A stretch of 64,000 nt of DNA from Candidatus Adlerbacteria bacterium (GCA_903851045.1 CAINNF010000012.1:37189-101188); one strand, 5' to 3'; positions 1 to 10,126 are shown, numbered from the stretch's first letter. The notes: generated by a model from the sequence alone, not told the origin. A program made the numbers and translations.

Positions 1-2
1 TT

Positions 3-449
3 ATCGAAGCCGCTCTGCGTTTAGGCGCAGAAGTTGGGATTATAGAGCTGATTGGCTCACGCTCCAGTACACTGAGGTACGAGTTCGAAGCGTTTCGCAC
101 CACTGAAGCTGCACGCCTCGGCCTCGAAGCGCAGTATCGCGAAGTTGTCGACCAAACTCACCTGACTGATTGGCGCGGTCGCGATGTGGTGCGGTTCTAT
201 CAGGATCATTGCCACGACATGGTGATTGATTCTGCTGGGCAGCGGATTGGGTGCAATGCGTGCCGCCGAATCCACCTTCGCGTTGGGCCGATAGCAGACG
301 GACTCGGAGCAATCCCATGTCCGTTTGAAAACCCGCGTAAAATGATTCCAATCACACACGGCGGAACACTCGTGCCTGGCAGCGTGGAAGATGCACTACA
401 CCTCAACGGTCGCGGCCCGTCGTGGGCCATTGGTACAAAATACGAATAA
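3..449 (+). CDS. 5'-truncated CDS (start outside window). The C-terminal region has a Cys cluster (HCHD..GCNACRR..LR) resembling the Zn-binding C-terminus of QueC-like PP-loop ATPases; identity uncertain.
   Basis: Open frame 3 runs from the window edge to TAA at 447-449. The pattern C-x-x-x-hh-x-x-G-C-x-A-C-x-x-x-x-L-R is similar to the QueC C-terminus (TCYNG..GCGxCxAC.LR). ORF-track entry 186..449 lies in the same frame. Confidence 0.35.
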   Translation: MEAALRLGAEVGIIELIGSRSSTLRYEFEAFRTTEAARLGLEAQYREVVDQTHLTDWRGRDVVRFYQDHCHDMVIDSAGQRIGCNACRRIHLRVGPIADGLGAIPCPFENPRKMIPITHGGTLVPGSVEDALHLNGRGPSWAIGTKYE

Positions 450-679
450 GGAAAATAACTTGGAGGAGCACGGAGACAGGTTCCTCCCCTCAACTAGAGC
501 TGCGACCATATCGAACAGTGTCGCTGCTCTTGAGAGTCTGTTCTTCGACACAACAAAAGGGAGACAATTCATATAACGAAAGACGGCCCGCAACGAGCAG
601 AGGCGCTTGAAATACTAATGGAAACGATCCGAAACAACAGACTAGCTGATACGTGCCTATAATTCTTCACATCACACCA

Positions 680-722
680 CCACCCGAGCCATGGAGGCCT
701 CGGGTGGCTTTACTTTTGTATA
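680..722 (+). terminator. Intrinsic terminator after the truncated upstream gene.
   Basis: CCACCCGAG-loop-CTCGGGTGG stem followed by CTTTACTTTTGT. Confidence 0.5.
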
Positions 723-802
723 AAAAATTGAAAGACGTATACAGCATCTTATGTTCCTTAACTGTAACGACCGTTACACACATGGAACATAGAGATTCAT
801 AC

Positions 803-836
803 AAAAACCACTCCGGCTGGCCGGAGTGGTTTTTCT
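803..836 (-). terminator. Bidirectional intrinsic terminator downstream of fusA.
   Basis: AAAAACCACTCCGGC-tgg-CCGGAGTGGTTTTTC: a perfect stem flanked by an A-tract and a T-tract, 20 nt past the fusA stop. Confidence 0.6.
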
Positions 837-858
837 CGTACAGGGGAATGTATTGGAT

Positions 859-3009
859 TTATTTTCTCGATGCGACGATGGCGTCGGCGACGTTCTTTGG
901 CACTACTTCGTAGTGATCGAACTCCATCGTGAAGCCCGCACGGCCCTTGGTCATCGAACGGAGGTCGGTCGTGTAGCCGAACATCTCCTTCAACGGGACC
1001 CGTGCGCGGATCGCTGAGTTCATGCCGCGGTCTTCGGTACCTTCGATACTTCCGCGCTTGCCCGAGAGCGAGCCGGTCACGTCGCCGAGATACTCCGACG
1101 GTGTGACGACCTCGACCTTCATGATCGGCTCAAGGATGACCGGGCGAGCGGCACGCGCCGCTTCCTGGAAGGCCATCGACGCTGCTATCTTGTAGGCGAT
1201 CTCGGAAGAGTCGACATCGTGGTAGGAACCATAGGTGAGCTCACAGGAGACATCAACCATCTTGAAGCCCGCGACGATACCGCGCTCCATAGCTTCTTTG
1301 ACACCCTTCTCGACAGCGGGAATGAATTCCTGCGGAATGACACCGCCCTTGATGCTGTTGATGAACTCGAAGTGGTCGTAGCGACTGACGTTCTTAGAGA
1401 CCTTGGCACCTTCGACGATCGGCTCCAATGGCTTGATCTTGATCTTCACGTGACCATACTGACCCTTGCCGCCCGTCTGCTTGATGTACTTGTTCTCGAC
1501 TTCCGCTTCGCCCATGATCGTCTCGCGATATGCCACTTGCGGCGCGCCGACGTTAGCATCGACATTGAACTCGCGCTTCATGCGGTCGACGATAATCTCG
1601 AGATGAAGTTCGCCCATGCCGGAGATAAGGGTCTCGTTGGTCTCGTTGTCCGAGGTAATTTTAAGTGTTGGATCTTCGTCAGAAAGTTCTTTAAGCGCGA
1701 TACCCATCTTCTCCTGGTCGGCCTTGGTCTTTGGCTCGATGCGCAGACTGATGACCGGCTCTGGAAATTTGATCTGCTCGAGGATGATGGGGTTCGCTTC
1801 GTCACAGAGCGTATGCGAGGTGCGCACTTCTTTGAGACCCACCGCGGCGGCGATCTCTCCCGCGTAGACCTTCTTCACCTCTTCGCGCTTGTCTGCCTGG
1901 AGACGGACGATGCGGCCGATGCGCTCCTTCTGACCGGTCGTGGAGTTGTAGATATAAGAACCCGCCTCGACGGTACCGGAGTAGACGCGGAAGAAGGCGA
2001 GCTTGCCAACGAACTTGTCAGCCTGGAGTTTGAAGGCGAGCGCAGCAAACGGCTCCTCGTCGCTAGCGTGGCGCACGACCTCTTCGCCGGTCACCGGGTT
2101 GATACCCTTCACTGGCGGCATGTCCAAAGGAGACGGGAGGTAGTCGACGACCGCGTCGAGCACGAGCTGCACACCCTTGTTCTTAAGCGCTGAACCGACG
2201 CACACTGGGAAGATCTCGTTGGCGATGACACCCTTGCGCAACATCTTCTTGAGGTCTTCGTAGGATGGCTCCTTACCTTCGAGATATTCGTTCATCATAA
2301 CCTCGTCCTGCTCGACAATCTTCTCGATAAGCTCGGCGCGATACTTCGCAACCTCGGCCTTCATATCCTCAGGAATGTCATAGGGAATAACTTCGTCGCC
2401 CATGTTGCCCTCGAACTTGTATGCCTTCTGGTCGAGAAGGTCGATCACGCCCTTAAAGTTCTCCTCAGCGCCTATCGGGAGCTGGAGACGGATGGCCTTC
2501 TTGGTGAGACGGTCGAGGATAGACTGGTAGGACTTCTCGAACGACGCGCCCATGCGATCCATCTTGTTGATGAAGCACACGCGGGGCACATTGGCCTCGT
2601 CGGCATAGCGCCAGTTGGTCTCGGACTGCGGCTCTACGCCCGCCACCCCGTCAAAGACGACGACTGCACCATCAAGCACACGCATCGAGCGCTTCACCTC
2701 GACGGTAAAGTCGATGTGGCCTGGGGTATCGATGATATTGAAACGATACTTCTTGGAGGCATCCTTTTTGTCTGTCTCCTGCGTCTTAGACCAAAAACAG
2801 GTAATGGCCGCCGCGGTGATGGTGATGCCACGCTCACGCTCCTGCTCCATCCAGTCGGTGGTGGTCTCCCCTTCGTGCACCTCGCCGATCTTGTGCTGCG
2901 AACCCGTGTAGTACAAAACGCGCTCAGACGTGGTCGTCTTACCGGCGTCGATGTGGGCGATGATCCCGAAGTTACGCACCTTCTCTAGTGGATAGTCTCG
3001 TGTTGGCAT
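859..3009 (-). CDS. fusA: Translation elongation factor G.
   Basis: 716 aa. G-domain motifs [17 protein letters not shown] and NKMDR. Full EF-G domain architecture with a short KK-rich insert. Confidence 0.97.
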   Translation of the reverse strand: MPTRDYPLEKVRNFGIIAHIDAGKTTTSERVLYYTGSQHKIGEVHEGETTTDWMEQERERGITITAAAITCFWSKTQETDKKDASKKYRFNIIDTPGHIDFTVEVKRSMRVLDGAVVVFDGVAGVEPQSETNWRYADEANVPRVCFINKMDRMGASFEKSYQSILDRLTKKAIRLQLPIGAEENFKGVIDLLDQKAYKFEGNMGDEVIPYDIPEDMKAEVAKYRAELIEKIVEQDEVMMNEYLEGKEPSYEDLKKMLRKGVIANEIFPVCVGSALKNKGVQLVLDAVVDYLPSPLDMPPVKGINPVTGEEVVRHASDEEPFAALAFKLQADKFVGKLAFFRVYSGTVEAGSYIYNSTTGQKERIGRIVRLQADKREEVKKVYAGEIAAAVGLKEVRTSHTLCDEANPIILEQIKFPEPVISLRIEPKTKADQEKMGIALKELSDEDPTLKITSDNETNETLISGMGELHLEIIVDRMKREFNVDANVGAPQVAYRETIMGEAEVENKYIKQTGGKGQYGHVKIKIKPLEPIVEGAKVSKNVSRYDHFEFINSIKGGVIPQEFIPAVEKGVKEAMERGIVAGFKMVDVSCELTYGSYHDVDSSEIAYKIAASMAFQEAARAARPVILEPIMKVEVVTPSEYLGDVTGSLSGKRGSIEGTEDRGMNSAIRARVPLKEMFGYTTDLRSMTKGRAGFTMEFDHYEVVPKNVADAIVASRK

Positions 3010-3149
3010 ACGTGATAATTATAAAGTAAAAATCCGCCAGCCGGCGGAGCGCACAGGCGTGCTACTACAATAACGAAAACCTGGCAAAAAGCAAGAACAT
3101 AAAATCCCCGACCACTGGTGTGGTCGGGGACGTTTTGGTCAAACTTCTC

Positions 3150-3329
3150 TTAGAGCACATGACCCACCGCGGGAGAGATCACTGCCGCAATAGCGCTTGT
3201 CGTTGGCCATAGAAGGTACGCAACGACCATAATCAAGCACACGACCATGATCACAATCATTGCGGTTCTTGGCCAGAGCATGACCAGTCCAACCAAGAGC
3301 GCGGGACCGAACTGCAGTCCCACATACAT
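3150..3329 (-). CDS. Small hydrophobic membrane protein (59 aa). Paralog of 6228..6419.
   Basis: Not in the ORF track because it is under 60 aa. MYVGLQFGPALLVGLVMLWPRTAMIVIMVV... closely matches MYMGLSLGPSFLVGMVMLWPKTAATVLKLV... GGAAGG RBS 8 nt upstream of the ATG. Confidence 0.5.
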   Translation of the reverse strand: MYVGLQFGPALLVGLVMLWPRTAMIVIMVVCLIMVVAYLLWPTTSAIAAVISPAVGHVL

Positions 3330-3347
3330 GAGACACCTTCCTTTCGT

Positions 3348-3836
3348 TCATTCAGTGCTTGATTGAGACCAGTTGCCCCACCAAGCGTTGAAGCTACAAC
3401 GTATTTCCACCCCTACGCCACCACGCGATTGTTCGAAGTGGTCATCAAAGAACCCCTCAAGTCCGCAATCGCCGAAACCTCCGGAACTGGGGAGACCGAA
3501 GAAGAATTTGAGGCCTTTACGCAACCTGAAACCCACTCCCACCTGTCCGTAGTGATTCCAAGCGAGACCTGCATAGTCGAAGGTGCCCGCAGTGAACACA
3601 TACGGTCCCCCGCGGAACCCACTACCGAAATCCCACACCTTACCGATTTGCTGGTCGGCACGCCACTGAAGCGTTGGGTTATGCATACCGTCCAGTTTGG
3701 AAATATTAGGAGTACCCAAGAATGGGTATGATCCTCCTACCCATATACTCCCGGGAAGGAACGGGCCGGACGCATGTGCCCCTGGCACGGACCAGAGACA
3801 CAGTGCCATCATGATAGCCAGAGATATCGACTTCAT
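3348..3836 (-). CDS. Secreted hypothetical protein with an N-terminal signal peptide.
   Basis: 162 aa. MKSISLAIMMALCLWSVPGAHA signal peptide. Gly/aromatic-rich, no recognisable catalytic motif. Confidence 0.55.
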   Translation of the reverse strand: MKSISLAIMMALCLWSVPGAHASGPFLPGSIWVGGSYPFLGTPNISKLDGMHNPTLQWRADQQIGKVWDFGSGFRGGPYVFTAGTFDYAGLAWNHYGQVGVGFRLRKGLKFFFGLPSSGGFGDCGLEGFFDDHFEQSRGGVGVEIRCSFNAWWGNWSQSSTE

Positions 3837-3880
3837 CTGAGTCCATCCTTTTTTTCTGTGTTACGGACAGTCGAGTCACC

Positions 3881-4990
3881 CTAGTACCGCTTGACCTTTG
3901 CCCATGCGGTTTTCGTCTTCTTGCGCCACATAACCTGGTACATGGCCCACAGGTAGAGCACGTGGTTGAGATACGCGACCCAAAAGTACATCGGGAATTT
4001 GTACACCACATCAGCTCGTCGCAACTTCACGCCGAACCACAGTGCAACCACAAACGAGACAGCAGCATCCAGCGGGAAGAACCATAACACATCCCACGAG
4101 GGCACGAGAGCGACCCCAACCGCAAGCAACGTAATGCGACTGAAGGCGAGTGCCTCAAAAACGAGATACATCATAAGCGCATCGATACGCTGCTTTCTGA
4201 TGTAGGTAAAACGCCTGACCATCGTCAGGAGGTCGATCGGCTCCTTTCTGAGAGACTCGAAGTTCTCGATGAACGTGAATATCCTCTCGACTCGGTAGAC
4301 CTGGAAACCTCCATAGTACCACCGTAGCACTTGGCGTATATAGTCACGCAAGGTACTCGGGTCTTGAGTAAACACCTTCGCTTTAGGCACATACCTCACT
4401 TCTCCCCCCATTCTATGGCAGGCGATCGTGATGTGCATATCCTCAGCAAGTGTCGCTCCAGAGAAACGAAGTCGGCGCAGTGCGCTAGCAAGATAGGTCG
4501 ACGAGCATCCAGGCGCGACCATGACGACGCCACACCTGGACTGCCCAAGCTTAAAGATCGCTTGGTTTAGGCCGTACTCGGCAGCGCGCGCGGCTGTAAT
4601 CCAGCCCCCACGCAAGTTCATGACCTGGCCAACGAAAATCGCCACATTCGGATGCGCCGTGATCTCATCCACCAACACCTGAAAGTAGTTTGGTGCTGGC
4701 CGAGAATCGGCGTCCAAAAGCGTGATATGTGTGTACCGGTCCCACAGTTGAAAATGTTCGAGAGCTGCATTGAGAGCTTCCGCTTTCCCGCGGTTGCGCT
4801 CGAGCGTGAGAAGATTCACACTCTCGAATCTTCGAACAACCTCAGAAGTGCCATCATCGGAAGCGTCGTCAACTATGAAGATGTCTGCAGGGGCGACCCC
4901 GGCGAGGAACAGCGCTTCGAGCGTACGACCGATCACCTTCCTTTCTTTATACGCGGGCACTAGGACGGCGATCCTGGTATCCACTGTCAC
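3881..4990 (-). CDS. Processive family-2 glycosyltransferase (PgaC/NodC/cellulose-synthase-like) with C-terminal transmembrane helices.
   Basis: DXD motifs (VDDASDDGT and LLDADSRP) and a Q-x-x-R-W motif (QVLRWYYG). The ORF-track start at 5197 overlaps an upstream terminator, so the real start is probably GTG at 4984/4990, downstream of a sigma70-like promoter. Confidence 0.8.
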   Translation of the reverse strand: MTVDTRIAVLVPAYKERKVIGRTLEALFLAGVAPADIFIVDDASDDGTSEVVRRFESVNLLTLERNRGKAEALNAALEHFQLWDRYTHITLLDADSRPAPNYFQVLVDEITAHPNVAIFVGQVMNLRGGWITAARAAEYGLNQAIFKLGQSRCGVVMVAPGCSSTYLASALRRLRFSGATLAEDMHITIACHRMGGEVRYVPKAKVFTQDPSTLRDYIRQVLRWYYGGFQVYRVERIFTFIENFESLRKEPIDLLTMVRRFTYIRKQRIDALMMYLVFEALAFSRITLLAVGVALVPSWDVLWFFPLDAAVSFVVALWFGVKLRRADVVYKFPMYFWVAYLNHVLYLWAMYQVMWRKKTKTAWAKVKRY

Positions 4991-5050
4991 CTCACTCGCT
5001 GGAGTTACAGAAGGATGTCCTTTTTTAGTATGTAAAGAACATTTAACGGC

Positions 5051-5080
5051 ATTATATGCAGGGTGGTGTAGCTGCGTCAA
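5051..5080 (-). promoter_or_regulatory. Sigma70-like promoter for the GT2 gene.
   Basis: On the minus strand: TTGACG, an 18-nt spacer, then TATAAT. It lies between the GH-gene terminator and the GT2 start. Confidence 0.5.
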
Positions 5081-5112
5081 CGTATTACAAAAGCATTTTT
5101 GTGTTGCAGTAT

Positions 5113-5161
5113 ATTGTTTTTTTATACAAAAACCCCTTTGCATGATAGTTGCAAAGGGGTT
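5113..5161 (-). terminator. Intrinsic terminator after the GH26-like gene.
   Basis: On the minus strand: AACCCCTTTGC-loop-GCAAAGGGGTT followed by TTTTGTATAAAAAAAC. Confidence 0.55.
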
Positions 5162-5183
5162 ACAGGGAGGAGCGAGATACTTG

Positions 5184-6080
5184 CTACGGCAAGACACTTT
5201 TGAAGGCGTCGAGGGTGCTGGGATCGTGGTCGATGCGCCAGTTCACACCGTCACCGATCGCATTGAAGTAGACGACCGCTACCACATGTTGGTATGTTCC
5301 AATGTGGGCAAATCCCTGCCGTACCCACTCCGCTTGTTTTGGCCCAGGAGCCGAACCCACGGAGCAGATGCAGATCGGTTTATTGAAAATCTGTATCTGC
5401 CGTACGGGGTCGTCATAGATCTCTGCCAGTGTCTGCCAGACTCCGCCTCGGTTGAAGTTAAAGCCGTCCAGCCCAACCCAGTCGACGTATGCGTCGCCCG
5501 GATAATAGTCAACGAGCTGATTGCCTGGAATGTCGGGAAAGGAACCTGCGTTCATGACCCAAGCGAATCTGACGTTCGGTGCCTCGTTCGCAAATATATC
5601 GTGTATGTGCCTCCAAGCTGTAATGAGTTTGGTGGGAGAGTTCGGATTCTTCGCACCAGACCAGGGAGTCCAGTCGCCATTCATCTCGTGAAAAGGAGCG
5701 AGCACGACCGAGCACTTGTCGCGCGCCGCCTCCTGAGCGAACGAATGGATATAGGCGTCCAGGCGTCCGGCATTGATCCGGTCGACACTATACGGTTCGC
5801 CCGTATTTTCCCAATACACAAGGAGCGTCTGACCTTTGGTACAGGTCGAGGCAAAATTGTACGGAAATTGGTCGAAAAACCCTACGAACTTCACAACAAT
5901 GTTCGGTTGCTTCCCCAGTTCTTCGGTCGTCGTACGTACATCTGACGGCCCTCCAGAAAACAGCCCCCACTGAATGGTAGGGGGGAGCTTCGGCGTCGGC
6001 ACGAGCAGATGGTATACGATGGCCCCGACACAGACAATCCCCGCCGCGACCGCTGCGAGAACACCTATCCAATACCGCAT
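5184..6080 (-). CDS. Membrane-anchored glycoside hydrolase, GH26-like (mannanase-fold, TIM barrel).
   Basis: 298 aa with an N-terminal TM helix. Contains the GH26 acid/base motif APFHEMNGDW and the YPGDAYVDWVGLDGFN block. The expected nucleophile glutamate is not obvious, so it may be divergent or inactive. Confidence 0.6.
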   Translation of the reverse strand: MRYWIGVLAAVAAGIVCVGAIVYHLLVPTPKLPPTIQWGLFSGGPSDVRTTTEELGKQPNIVVKFVGFFDQFPYNFASTCTKGQTLLVYWENTGEPYSVDRINAGRLDAYIHSFAQEAARDKCSVVLAPFHEMNGDWTPWSGAKNPNSPTKLITAWRHIHDIFANEAPNVRFAWVMNAGSFPDIPGNQLVDYYPGDAYVDWVGLDGFNFNRGGVWQTLAEIYDDPVRQIQIFNKPICICSVGSAPGPKQAEWVRQGFAHIGTYQHVVAVVYFNAIGDGVNWRIDHDPSTLDAFKSVLP

Positions 6081-6227
6081 GACCAGTTCCTTTCACTGGT
6101 TGACTCCGAAGAGTAAAGTACATTTAGTTAGAATGTTTGTCAAAAGACCAAAGACAGTAAAAAGGCTCCGGTCATTCGCATGATCGCAGCCTGTATATAG
6201 AAATCGTAGACCGCCTACCCCTCTTTT

Positions 6228-6419
6228 TTAGCTCACCGTACTTACGATGACGTTCGCCACGACCGCCGCAACGGCGATTGTCTTGGGCCACCAAAGGTAC
6301 CCCAGAAGCCAAAGCATGAGCACCAGTTTGAGCACTGTCGCGGCGGTCTTCGGCCAAAGCATCACCATCCCAACTAGGAACGAAGGTCCGAGAGACAACC
6401 CCATATACATGGCAAACAT
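6228..6419 (-). CDS. Small hydrophobic membrane protein (63 aa). Paralog of 3150..3329.
   Basis: Two predicted TM helices. Clear sequence similarity to the 59-aa ORF at 3150..3329. Confidence 0.5.
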   Translation of the reverse strand: MFAMYMGLSLGPSFLVGMVMLWPKTAATVLKLVLMLWLLGYLWWPKTIAVAAVVANVIVSTVS

Positions 6420-6531
6420 CCTCCTTTTGGCACTATAAGTATTTTTTATGTGACATGTGTTTTGAGTGAAGTCGCAAGATGAGAAAAAAGCCTACTGGGG
6501 ACAGTAGGCTGTGTGTACGAATGGTGTGTTG

Positions 6532-7416
6532 TTATATTGGTGGTCTTTTGGTAGCGAGTGCTCGTGCGACCGGAGACCATGGGTAGTCGACGTAGATCTG
6601 GTCCTGGGCTCCCGTCACGGTCATGACACGTATCGCTTTCCCTCTTTGTAGACTCGAAAGATACAAGGCCGTCTCCTTGAACACATCAACTCTCACGGAG
6701 AGATTGTCATCAGCCAGGATCTGGTCAGGCGGCAAGATGTTGTGGTACACGAGGTTCAACCAATAACCCGTTGCCATCGCTTTATCTATGAATCCGAACA
6801 GATCACGAACCGGCGGAATCTTGCCTGTAACTCCGAGACGGCACACCTCGTATGGGTCGATCCTGTTTGGATTACACAGCAGATCAGCCTTCGTAAGAGG
6901 TCCGGCTCCCCACACACCAAAGTGGGACCTGAAACGTTTCTGGATTTCGACGAGCGTCCGATCGTCGTACGCACCGTCCGGCGACGCGAACGCTTGCGGG
7001 ACGATACCGGTATTGCGCGTGATGATATGGCGACAGTCGTCGAGCTCCCAGCATAGTTCCCGGTCAGAAAGGTTGGTCAGTTTTTCATGATGCACCGAGT
7101 GTGCCCCGACCTCCCATCCAGCGTTATGAAACTCGATTATATCGGACCACGAAAACCGTTGCACCCGAAGTATCGTCGGGTCCGATGATGGTGAGGACTC
7201 GGGCGTGGTAGGCGTATTTGGGTCTGCTATGACGAACAAAGTACCGACGAGTCCGAGCTGCTGCATGATCACCAAAGCGTTCTTTTGTGATCGCAGTCCA
7301 TCATCGAACGTGAGGGAGACGATCCCGGGCTTTTTTGGGGCAGCGTGCAGCGCTGATGCGGAGAACAAGGTCGCCGTCACCGCCAAAGGCGACGCGACAA
7401 AGGTACGACGGAACAT
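6532..7416 (-). CDS. Polysaccharide deacetylase (CE4 / NodB homology domain), secreted.
   Basis: Signal peptide plus the TFDDG motif and conserved His residues of the CE4 family. Confidence 0.8.
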   Translation of the reverse strand: MFRRTFVASPLAVTATLFSASALHAAPKKPGIVSLTFDDGLRSQKNALVIMQQLGLVGTLFVIADPNTPTTPESSPSSDPTILRVQRFSWSDIIEFHNAGWEVGAHSVHHEKLTNLSDRELCWELDDCRHIITRNTGIVPQAFASPDGAYDDRTLVEIQKRFRSHFGVWGAGPLTKADLLCNPNRIDPYEVCRLGVTGKIPPVRDLFGFIDKAMATGYWLNLVYHNILPPDQILADDNLSVRVDVFKETALYLSSLQRGKAIRVMTVTGAQDQIYVDYPWSPVARALATKRPPI

Positions 7417-7534
7417 GTGTATTCACTCCTTGACTCTAACCACAGAGGGACTTCCTCTGCTCCGGCGGATACCATATCACACTCGATCGATTAGTTCTAC
7501 AAACCCCACTTCGCTTTGCCTCTCGACAGCGGGA

Positions 7535-8512
7535 CTAGATCTGAACTATTTGGTACGCAAGTGTGTGAGAATCGTGGCGAATTAGACCTTGTTCGACGCC
7601 CGCCCGGTTCAAAAAATTACCGCGAACGATCTTCCCCACCTTGCCGCTGAGTCTCGACTCGATTGCAGGAGAGAAATCGACCGGAAACGACTTGTCCTTC
7701 TCGGCGTACCTTGCGAGAAGCTCTGCCGAAGGGGACGCGGTATTCACGATGACCACGTCGAACCCGTCTCGTCCCACATCGTAGGCCAGGAGCGTCTCGA
7801 CGAGGTCGGCGGCCGTGTACCCTCGCGTCTCTGACCATTTGGTCATAATGTTCGCCACATAGACCAACTTCGCGTTCGAACGCCGTATGGCCTCTTGGAT
7901 ACCCGAGACGAGCAGGTTCGGAATAATAGAGGTATACAGATCGCCCGGCCCGAGCACGACGACATCAGCCGCGATGATAGCGTCGACCGCCTCACGGGTA
8001 ATGAAGGCAGCGGGTTCGAGCCAAATACGCCGTATGGTGCGCTCATCCTCGATGCTGCGCGTATCGATGATACCCTCGCCGCACACGGTCGACCCGTCGG
8101 ACAACTCTGCACAGATGTTGGCGCTATTGATGGACACCGGTAACACATCACCTTGCACACCAAGCAACTTACTTACCCTCCTGATACCCTCGATCGGACC
8201 CCAGTTCTGCTCGGCAGCAAGGAGTAGGAGGTTACCGAGGCTGTGGTCAGACAGCGACGAACCGTTCTTCGCGAAACGATGGTTGAACACCGTGCGCAAC
8301 GTATCGTTAGCGTCGTCCGCCAACGCGAGAAGACATTTTCGTATATCCCCCTGTGGAAGGGACCCGAACTCATCGCGCAGCACACCCGTGCTTCCCCCAC
8401 TATCGAACACGGTACAGATCGCGGTCGGATGGACCGGGTAGCCGTGAAGCCCCCGATTGACGGTAAACCCGCCCGTTCCGCCTCCGATAGTAACTATTCT
8501 TTTTCCTAACAT
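7535..8512 (-). CDS. YvcK/CofD-family protein (gluconeogenesis factor / UPF0052).
   Basis: The N-terminal IVTIGGGTGG glycine loop and overall family pattern. The likely start is MLGKR at 8512; the ORF track extends to 8560. Confidence 0.8.
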   Translation of the reverse strand: MLGKRIVTIGGGTGGFTVNRGLHGYPVHPTAICTVFDSGGSTGVLRDEFGSLPQGDIRKCLLALADDANDTLRTVFNHRFAKNGSSLSDHSLGNLLLLAAEQNWGPIEGIRRVSKLLGVQGDVLPVSINSANICAELSDGSTVCGEGIIDTRSIEDERTIRRIWLEPAAFITREAVDAIIAADVVVLGPGDLYTSIIPNLLVSGIQEAIRRSNAKLVYVANIMTKWSETRGYTAADLVETLLAYDVGRDGFDVVIVNTASPSAELLARYAEKDKSFPVDFSPAIESRLSGKVGKIVRGNFLNRAGVEQGLIRHDSHTLAYQIVQI

Positions 8513-8589
8513 ATAACGTATATAAACATCCAAAGATGACGCAAGGTGACAGTACCACAAAGTAGAAAAAAGAATACCGCCCCGACGAA

Positions 8590-8647
8590 TGTGTCCGAGG
8601 ACACTTCGTCGGGGCGGATCGCTCGTGGGAGATTGTATAACCGTGGT
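8590..8647 (-). terminator. Intrinsic terminator (second of two) downstream of rpsG and upstream of the polysaccharide cassette.
   Basis: A 19-bp perfect inverted repeat, CCGCCCCGACGAATGTGTCC / GGACACTTCGTCGGGGCGG, followed on the minus strand by TATTCTTTTTTCT. Confidence 0.5.
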
Positions 8648-8940
8648 GTGTTAACTACCCCCATCCAAAAAAACTCTGTAAACACCGGGCGACAAAGTGA
8701 CTTGGGCCGTTCCATCATTCTGCCTTCGCAACAGGGCCGTGTCGGGGATGACGACCTCCGAAGTACTATCACTCCCCAAAGACAAGGTGATGTGGAGATT
8801 CCTGTCTCGAACAGTAACTCTTTTTACCACCCCAGAACGACCGCCAGGATAGACCATGGGACAACCGACCACGGCGCTCCACTCGACTGGCCAACCTATG
8901 CCAACCCCTCCAAAGGGCATTGTCTTCGCTCCAAAAAGCT

Positions 8941-8972
8941 AGACGCCCTATTAGCGTCTAGCGTAAAGCACA
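8941..8972 (-). terminator. Intrinsic terminator (first) about 115 nt downstream of the rpsG stop.
   Basis: CTAGACGC-loop-GCGTCTAG stem followed on the minus strand by CTTTTTGG. Confidence 0.45.
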
Positions 8973-9085
8973 TATTACAATAATACAACTATGTCGTCAA
9001 GTATACCCAAAGTGAGTTACAACAAACCGGAGCGAGCACACCTCACGAATATGCGTTCAGTGGTAGCCAGAAGCACTATTGTTGC

Positions 9086-9556
9086 TTACCAGGCGAAGTG
9101 TGCGAACGCCTTGTTCGCCTCGGCCATGCGATGAGTATCTTCGCGCTTTTTGACCGCTGGTCCTTCGTTGTTGGCGGCTGCCATCAGTTCTGCCGCGAGA
9201 CGCTCGTGCATCGGCATACCCTTGCGCGCACGTGCCGCAGTGAGAATCCAACGGTAGGCCAACGCTTGCTTGCGCTCGGGGCGGACTTCACGGGGGACCT
9301 GGTAGTTAGCACCACCGACACGACGTGAGCGGATCTCCATCTGAGGACCAACGTTGCGGATAGCGGTCTCGAAGAGTTCGACCGGGTTATCGGTCTTGGT
9401 CTTCTCCACGATAAGGTCGAAGGCATCATAAACGACCTTGCGCGCGGTCGACTTCTTGCCATCCCACATGACGGAATTGATGAACTTCTCGACGCGCACT
9501 GAACTAAACTTCAGGTCTGGGCCGGCGATATTACGATTTTTTACTGGTCGTCGCAT
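9086..9556 (-). CDS. rpsG: 30S ribosomal protein S7.
   Basis: 156 aa, typical S7 sequence ([10 protein letters not shown]... FAW). Confidence 0.95.
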   Translation of the reverse strand: MRRPVKNRNIAGPDLKFSSVRVEKFINSVMWDGKKSTARKVVYDAFDLIVEKTKTDNPVELFETAIRNVGPQMEIRSRRVGGANYQVPREVRPERKQALAYRWILTAARARKGMPMHERLAAELMAAANNEGPAVKKREDTHRMAEANKAFAHFAW

Positions 9557-9561
9557 ATAAA

Positions 9562-9975
9562 TTATTTACTCTTCTTGCGCTTCACACCGTACCGACTGCG
9601 AGAGACGTTGCGCTTGTCGACGCCGGAGGCGTCGAGACGACCGCGGACGACCTGGTAGCGGACGTTGATGTCCTTCACGCGGCCGGCGCGCACCATGACC
9701 ACCGAGTGCTCCTGGAGATTGTGACCCTCGCCTGGAATGTACGCGGTAATCTCTTGGCCGTTGGTGAGGCGTACGCGAGCGATCTTGCGGATAGCGGAGT
9801 TCGGCTTGCGAGGGGTCATCGTGGTCACCTTGGTGCACACACCACGCTTGAACGGGGATGGGTAGAAGATCGGGCGGTTCTTAAGTACGTTAAACCCGCG
9901 CTGGAGTGCCGGCGCTTTCGATTTACTCTTCAGTTTTGTGCGTCCCTTGCGGACGAGCTGTGATATGCGTGCCAT
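9562..9975 (-). CDS. rpsL: 30S ribosomal protein S12.
   Basis: 137 aa. Conserved PNSA..K..RV.L and GHNLQEHS motifs. Confidence 0.95.
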   Translation of the reverse strand: MARISQLVRKGRTKLKSKSKAPALQRGFNVLKNRPIFYPSPFKRGVCTKVTTMTPRKPNSAIRKIARVRLTNGQEITAYIPGEGHNLQEHSVVMVRAGRVKDINVRYQVVRGRLDASGVDKRNVSRSRYGVKRKKSK

Positions 9976-10044
9976 TAGTACTTAAAAACGCCCTCAGGCG
10001 CTTGTGGGCTACTCTACTATACAGCGGGCAATTGTGCAAACTTT

Positions 10045-10120
10045 ACTACTTGTTCGGACCATACTCCCCGTGGGCTTCGCAGATTTCTTTCATAAGCCCC
10101 GGACCTTCAAAGGTCGTATT
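10045..10120 (-). pseudogene. Diverged remnant of a pyrD 3' end (C-terminal about 23 codons) between the rpsL start and the upstream gene.
   Basis: On the minus strand it encodes TFEGPGLMKEICEAHGEYGPNK*. The authentic pyrD C-terminus is MVFEGPGLMKEICEAYAEEYGGR*. About 70 nt at roughly 80% identity to 11336-11400. Confidence 0.35.
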
Positions 10121-10126
10121 GGCCAT

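Noticed and set aside
1219-2193. 324-aa plus-strand ORF.
   Set aside because: It lies entirely antisense within fusA. Low-complexity D/L/R-rich translation typical of a GC-rich antisense frame.
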